A DNA stretch of 61,519 nt from IMG/VR virus record IMGVR_UViG_3300042862_000334, positions 1 through 61,519 of that record; one strand, written 5' to 3'. Shown here in pieces: positions 55,801 to 61,519 of the stretch. Both the position numbers and the translations under genes were made by a program. Numbering within the stretch: position 1 is the first letter of the stretch; every line of letters begins with the position of its first letter. A model generated the notes under the pieces. It was not told the origin of the DNA. It saw only the letters and a list, made by a program, of their open reading frames with translations, and ran no database searches. Origin of the DNA: a virus (lineage: Duplodnaviria; Caudoviricetes).

Positions 55801-58800
55801 AAATTCCCAACCATTAGCAAGTATAGTTTCTATTATCGCTTCATCGCTACGTTGATACTCAATTTCTGAATAACCTTGCTTTTCTAAATCTTTGCACAAT
55901 TCCATATAAAGATTTTCTATTTTTTTCTCCACTTGTGAAACTACTTCGTGTACATTGTATCTTTTACCATAATAATCATCAAATTCATAACTAACATCGC
56001 CTTTACTCGCATAACAATAATGATTCCCTTTGTTACCTGTATTTTCAAAACTACAATTGTCAATAATTACTTTTGCCGTTTTTTCTTTGCCCTCGCCCAA
56101 AATTTCCGCAAAAAAAGATAAAAGTAAAGATTCTTCAATTCTATCACAACCGAAACTTAAACCATCGCCTTGACAATAAGATAAACTATATTGTAATTCT
56201 ACATTACCGTAAAATCCTGCTTTTTCGATTTGTTCTACTGCATCATCATGGAAAAAATCTAAATGGACGTGGTCTTCACTTCTATATTCTTCAATTGCCA
56301 CTTGTTTAGCTTCATCGCTTAATTCGTTAAAGGTATATAGCTTTGTACGTATCGTTCTCATAATTTAGTTTTTTAAATTGATTAATAAATTTACTTTTTC
56401 TACTACGTTATTTTTACTTATTTTGTAGTGGTGTGAAGTTCCATTAATACCTACTCCAAAATAGTTATCTTTTTCTTTCCATAAGTAAACGTCGTTCAAT
56501 CCGTTTATATTTCTAAATCTTTGCTCTTTTTTTCTAAAGTCTATTTTCATTTTTTTCACGCCTTTTTATACAGAAGCGTCTAACTGGTTTTTAAATTAAT
56601 TATTGTTATGCGTCACCTTGCAGACGCTCCGAAACATAATCCTTTACTATTTTTTTAATCGGTTCAACAAATTCGACACGAACACGAAAGGCAATAGTTT
56701 TAGTCAATACTTGAACGTTATTTGTTTTTAATTCGTGCCAAAGATATTAATAATTTCCGCCTAAAAAAATAAAAAGACAGAAATATTTTAATTTATAATA
56801 AGTCTAAATAAAGATTATTTTTGTTCGTTATACCATTTTACAAATTCTACACAAGCGTTGTAAACTGCCTCTATTTTAGTTAGCCCTTTAAAATAGTTTC
56901 TACTATCATAGTTAAATAAAGTATCTTTATAACCTATTCTGCACCAATTAAGGGAAATATCTATTTGACAATGTTTTAAACTCTCAATCTTTTCTACAAT
57001 TTCCATAAGCCAATTCCAATCTGTATCAAAATAGCATTCATTAAATTGAAATATACCTTGCATACATTCTGCATTACGGTTAAACATTAATTGATTAGGT
57101 ACAAAAACATCTGCTCCATATTCGTCTGTACTATTGCCTAAAAATTCTGCTAATAGTTTGTTATTTTCTGTGTTCATAATATTAAATTTTTAAATTGTTG
57201 TTTTAAATTTCGCGCGAAAAAAGATTAAAAAGAAACTGATTAAAACTTCAATAACTCTTTATACTCAACCCCAAATTAATATTAAATAAAAATTTAATTA
57301 AATAAAGGAATACACTCTCCTGTTAATTCTGTATTAATTCTTTGCCATATAGTAAAGTTATCAAAAAATCCGTTTCTTACTTTTTCAGCTAATTCGATAC
57401 TTTTATTTAAAGCAAAATCTTTTTTCGATTCTGTTACGTGGTCAGCATAGCTTCCAACCCTTACTGCTTTTGCATTTTCAATCATTTTACCTGCAACTGT
57501 ATTGAGTGCATCAACTAATCTTTTACCTTCAACAACTTCTTTTGTGTGTGTTATAAATTTCATAATGTTTTAAATTTCTTGTACAAATATACAAATTAGT
57601 TTTTAATTGCACAAGTGTTTTTATTAATTTATATTGGTTCTAAATAATTTCGCCCGAAAAATTTATCACAACCCTCTTTAAACTCTTGAGTAAAAATTAA
57701 GTTACTTGGGTGTGTTTCTGTTAATACTCCACAACCGCATTTACATTTTTCTGTTGGTGCTATATAAAATAGCTTACAATTATTACAAATTAATACTTTT
57801 ACTTCTTCCATTTTGTTATTATTTTATGTTTAAATTTCGCGCGAAAAAAGATTAAAAAGAAGTTCCATTAATCAAATTAAAATCATCAACTAAAACTAAA
57901 TAACTTTCATAAGCTAAACCAATCCTATTACCATTAACCTCTTTAGTAGAATAACGTAAACTATCATCTAACAAATTATTATACTTATCAAAAGCAAAAT
58001 CTATTTTAGTAATAATATCAATTCGAGAAGTATTAACCGTTTCTGAATTAATATCTTTAGGCACTCTACTACTACCGTTTTTAAACCAAAATACTCTTTG
58101 CCCTCTCTTAAATTTAGTTTCTTGTAATATAGATAACAAAGTTTCGTACTGCTCCAAATTCAAATAAGCGTATTTAAGACCTCGTTTTTCAATCTTAATA
58201 CCTGAATATCTATTATCTGATAAAAGTACTTCTAATGGTACTCTAACGGTGTTATTTTCTACTTTATACATAATTGTTTATTTATTTTTTTACCATACTA
58301 TAATATACTTGTTTTTAATAGATTAAAGATGGCAAAAATTTAGTGGTTTTGGGGGTTTTGGTGTTAAAGTGTTATTTTTATCAAAGGTATATATCAATAC
58401 CAAAATTATATTAAAGTGTCTTACAATCGTTTTAAATAGTACCTATCAATTTAAAGATAAGTTAATTCTTTTATACTTTCCACCATTATTTATATCGTGG
58501 ACAATAGAAATTAAATCATTGTATAAATTATCTCTTATTGGTAAATCTTCATAATACATTAATAACCATTCAATAATACTTTCAGAAACATATTTACAAG
58601 TATATTTATTACCATAATTCCAATTCTCGCAATTTTTTATAAGTCTTTTTACGCGAGTAACACTTATTGGATAAAACCCACTTTTAATTTTTGTTTTCAT
58701 AATATTTTCGCCGAAAAAAGAATTAATAAAAATATATGTTAGTCATATTATAAATCTCAATAGCTTTTTTAACTAATTTAAAACTATATTTCTTTTTGTG

Positions 58801-61095
58801 TCTGATTAATAGTTTAGAATAAATACCTGTTAATTCTGGACAAGGTTTTGTATCTAAAAATATGTCATCTATTCCCATATTGTAGTTAATACCATTTTCA
58901 AAAATGTATATAACTCTATCGTGCTGTTTTTGTATGATTATTTTTTTCATAGTGTTTTTCGCCGTTAAAAAATTAAAAAGAAACTGATTAACTATTATAA
59001 ATAATATCAACAATATCCCCACATTTTAACCAAAAAATTCTTTTTAAATTTTGGTTATGGTCTTCAAGTTCTTCATCTTCCCAAACTCCATAATCGTTTA
59101 GTTCGTCTATAAGTTCTTGCTTATCTATTTTGTCAAGTTGTTTTTTATAATATGGTAAACTTGTATAATAGTCTACACTATATTCGTTGTTTCCACTTTT
59201 ACTACATTCTTCTGCTACTGCTTTTGCAATGTTTAAATTTGCTGTAATGTAATTGAAAGGTGCTATCATAATATTAATATCTTAATTGGTCTGCTATTTT
59301 CTGTTCTTTTTTACTATATAAACTACTTTGTTTAGGTAACCAAACGTTTGATAATTTATCATAAAAATAATCAATCATTAATAAATCATCACTATCTTCT
59401 AAATCATAACCTAAATTAGTGCAAATTTCTTCCGTTGTTTGCCCCCAATCTTCTATAAACTTTTCTACTTCACTCATAACTATTTAATTTGAAAATTTAT
59501 AAAATCCTTTGTTCGTCTGTAATGTTAAATCTTTATTGCGGTGTTTAATAACCTTAATTAGTTTACAATCATCTTTAAACCTAACTAACTTACTTGTTGG
59601 TAAAGTTCTACTTCCTGCGGTTGGTATTGAATTTTCCGCAAAAGAAATAAAAAGAAACTGTTTTTTCAACTGCTCTAATAAAACATCTAATCCGTATAAA
59701 TCAATGTTTGCTAAAATGTTTTCCATAACTATTGGTTTTTAAAGAGGGCTAAACAATAACCCTCTTACCTGTTTGTATATCTATTAAAAAACTTTCAATT
59801 TCTGTTTTATAACTTCTTGGCAATTTTTCAAAATATTTTACTTTACCATTATCTAAAACTTCTGCAACTTTTTTACCTTGATACTCAAAAAATAAATCTG
59901 TTTCGTTGCACGTTAAGAATAAATCTGCTTTGTCTAATTTAATGTAGTTCATAATATTTGTGTTTTAAATTCATTACAAATGTATAAATAATTTCCGCAA
60001 TAAAAAAATAAAAAGACAGAAATATTTTAATTTATAGTTATTCTAAATAAAGATTACTATTCTTTATACCTTGTTAAATTCAGTTTATAACCTTGTCTTG
60101 TATATCGAGGTTTCAACCAAAATAAACTATTTTCTGCATCAAAAAATGGTCTTGCTTTAAAAGGCTCTTTACCTAAACCAACAACTGTAACATAAGTTTT
60201 ATTTTTGGCTAACCCTTTTATTTTTTCTTCTGTTGGTTGTTGCCAATCTTTATAGGTTTCTTTGTAATTCTCTATTTGTTCAAAAGAATTTTTATTGTTT
60301 AGATAGCTTTGAGAATTATAAACAAATCTACTTAATATTTTTTCATCTAAATTCAAGTGTTTACAATGTTCGGCAACTGTTGAGTTATAACAATATATGC
60401 CTTTACTTTTCAAATCCTCAATTACTTCAACTATTTCTTTTAAGTAGTGTTTAAAACTGTCTTTGTAATTTTCAACTTCGCTTAAATTAATAAGTACCAT
60501 TTGTTCAAATGCTTTTGCTTGTAATATTATTTCTATCATTTTGTTATTGTTTTTAAATTTTTGCCCGAAAAAAGATTAAAAAGAACTGTTAATTTTTAGG
60601 GTGCAACTTACAAGCATAATCACTTAATAAGTTTCTTTGATAGTCTGAAAGGTTTAAATCCTTTGAAAGATAATCAACGCTATCATTAATTAACATTCTA
60701 ATCATTGGTTTATCGTTTTTATGTTTACTCTTTACTGTAATAGTATAAGTTTTAAGCGTTTGTTTTGCTTGTTGATACTTTGATATTGTTTTCATAAGAT
60801 AATGTTTTAAAATGGTTAAAAATAGTGTTAGATTAAATGTTTGAGGGTTTTGTTAGAATAAATCCGCCGTGAAAAGAAATTAAACAACCTCAAACTCATA
60901 CTCATATAAAGAATAAGGAACACTTAAACCACTTTCCAATACTTCTAAATCACAAAGATACATACCATTCATACTACTGTCATAAAATTGATTTTCTCTT
61001 ACAGAATTAACTGATTCAACAATAATTAAATCAATCCCTAAAAATTCTGTGTAATTATCATTATCTGATATAATACGAACTACTTTATTTATCAT
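49823..61095 (-). CDS. Early-type region: ~30 small co-oriented hypothetical proteins with multiple host-type promoters
   Basis: ORF track (e.g. 51131-51838, 55777-56361, 60057-60539); no motifs recognised. Confidence 0.55.
55499..55575. repeat. 77-bp perfect direct repeat, copy 1 (copy 2 at 58364-58440)
   Basis: Identical by eye alignment; contains minus-strand TACCTTTG. Confidence 0.85.
56815..57177 (-). CDS. Phage hypothetical protein, paralogue of 61254->61519
   Basis: DWNWLMEIVEKIE...KIEAVYNACVEFVKWYNE is shared with the terminal ORF. Confidence 0.65.
   Translation of the reverse strand: MNTENNKLLAEFLGNSTDEYGADVFVPNQLMFNRNAECMQGIFQFNECYFDTDWNWLMEIVEKIESLKHCQIDISLNWCRIGYKDTLFNYDSRNYFKGLTKIEAVYNACVEFVKWYNEQK
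58364..58440. repeat. 77-bp perfect direct repeat, copy 2
   Basis: Identical to 55499-55575. Confidence 0.85.
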
Positions 61096-61218
61096 ACTTC
61101 AAATGTTAACGGTTGTTAATGTTTTTTATTTATTTAAGAACAAGCCACTTTTTACTTTATGTTTCAAAGTGCTTTGTAGAATAAAGGATTTTGTTTGGTG
61201 GGGGTTGTCCTCCCCTAT

Positions 61219-61234
61219 TGTTCCACGTGGAACA
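61219..61234. promoter_or_regulatory. parS-like palindrome TGTTCCACGTGGAACA
   Basis: Perfect 16-bp intergenic palindrome matching the bacterial parS consensus TGTTNCACGTGNAACA. Confidence 0.75.
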
Positions 61235-61253
61235 CTATAATTTTTAGACTTGT

Positions 61254-61519
61254 CTAAATTTTATTTTCGTTATACCATTTAACAAACGATATACAAGCGT
61301 TATAAACTGCCTTTATTTTAGTATCTCTATTTAATTCGACAATAAATTCAATGTTTTCATGGTCGTATATTCTTACATTATATTGGTTTATTTGAAAATC
61401 AAAACGTGTGTTTTCTATACTTTCAATCTTTTCAACTACTTCCATTAACCAATTCCAATCTGAATGAAACTTTAAATCCCCTAATCGGAATGCTCTTTCA
61501 AATTTCGGAAAATAGTAAT
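61254..61519 (-). CDS. 5'-partial paralogue of 56815-57177
   Basis: Frame is open to the window edge: ...FHSDWNWLMEVVEKIES...KWYNENKI. Confidence 0.65.
   Translation of the reverse strand, partial: YYFPKFERAFRLGDLKFHSDWNWLMEVVEKIESIENTRFDFQINQYNVRIYDHENIEFIVELNRDTKIKAVYNACISFVKWYNENKI

Noticed and set aside
8040-60454. Short + strand ORFs opposite the minus-strand block, and minus-strand ORFs within 1-7978
   Set aside because: They are antisense to better-supported genes and have Leu/Phe/Ser-rich shadow composition
1-61519. tRNA/rRNA genes, reverse transcriptase/DGR, or stop-codon reassignment
   Set aside because: No cloverleaf or RT motifs were noticed by eye (tRNAscan not run), and long genes are intact in the standard code

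Overview
AT-rich, gene-dense segment of a large dsDNA bacteriophage, most likely infecting a Bacteroidota (Flavobacterium-like) host, judged from many TTTG-N19/20-TAnnTTTG promoters. The window starts in the 3' part of a giant + strand virion/ejection-type protein (1-5931), followed by a few small + strand genes. From about 8.0 kb to the end nearly everything is on the minus strand: two homing-endonuclease-like genes, phosphoesterases, a VirE-N/primase-like protein, a PNK-phosphoesterase-Rnl1 RNA-repair trio, a family A DNA polymerase, a DnaB helicase, exonucleases, DenV and many small early-type ORFs. The main discovery is a phage-borne, non-canonical integron-like cassette system. A tyrosine recombinase lacking the IntI-specific insertion (40833-41630) sits next to an attI-like site and 10 cassettes (41683-46850). 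A second array of 6 cassettes (16969-20120) lies behind an internally deleted copy of the same recombinase and the same attI-like site. Each cassette is bounded by its own GTT-X...X'-AAC inverted repeat with a conserved C.A mismatch. Cassettes are separated by attC-like hairpins that lie upstream of, and sometimes inside, the cargo gene. Three DNA methyltransferases are among the cargo. Other signals include three covarying kissing-loop 5' leaders, a Fur-box-like palindrome helically phased upstream of promoters, a perfect parS palindrome and a strand-polarised CG-core/A-tract motif. All calls come from reading the sequence by eye; no searches were run.
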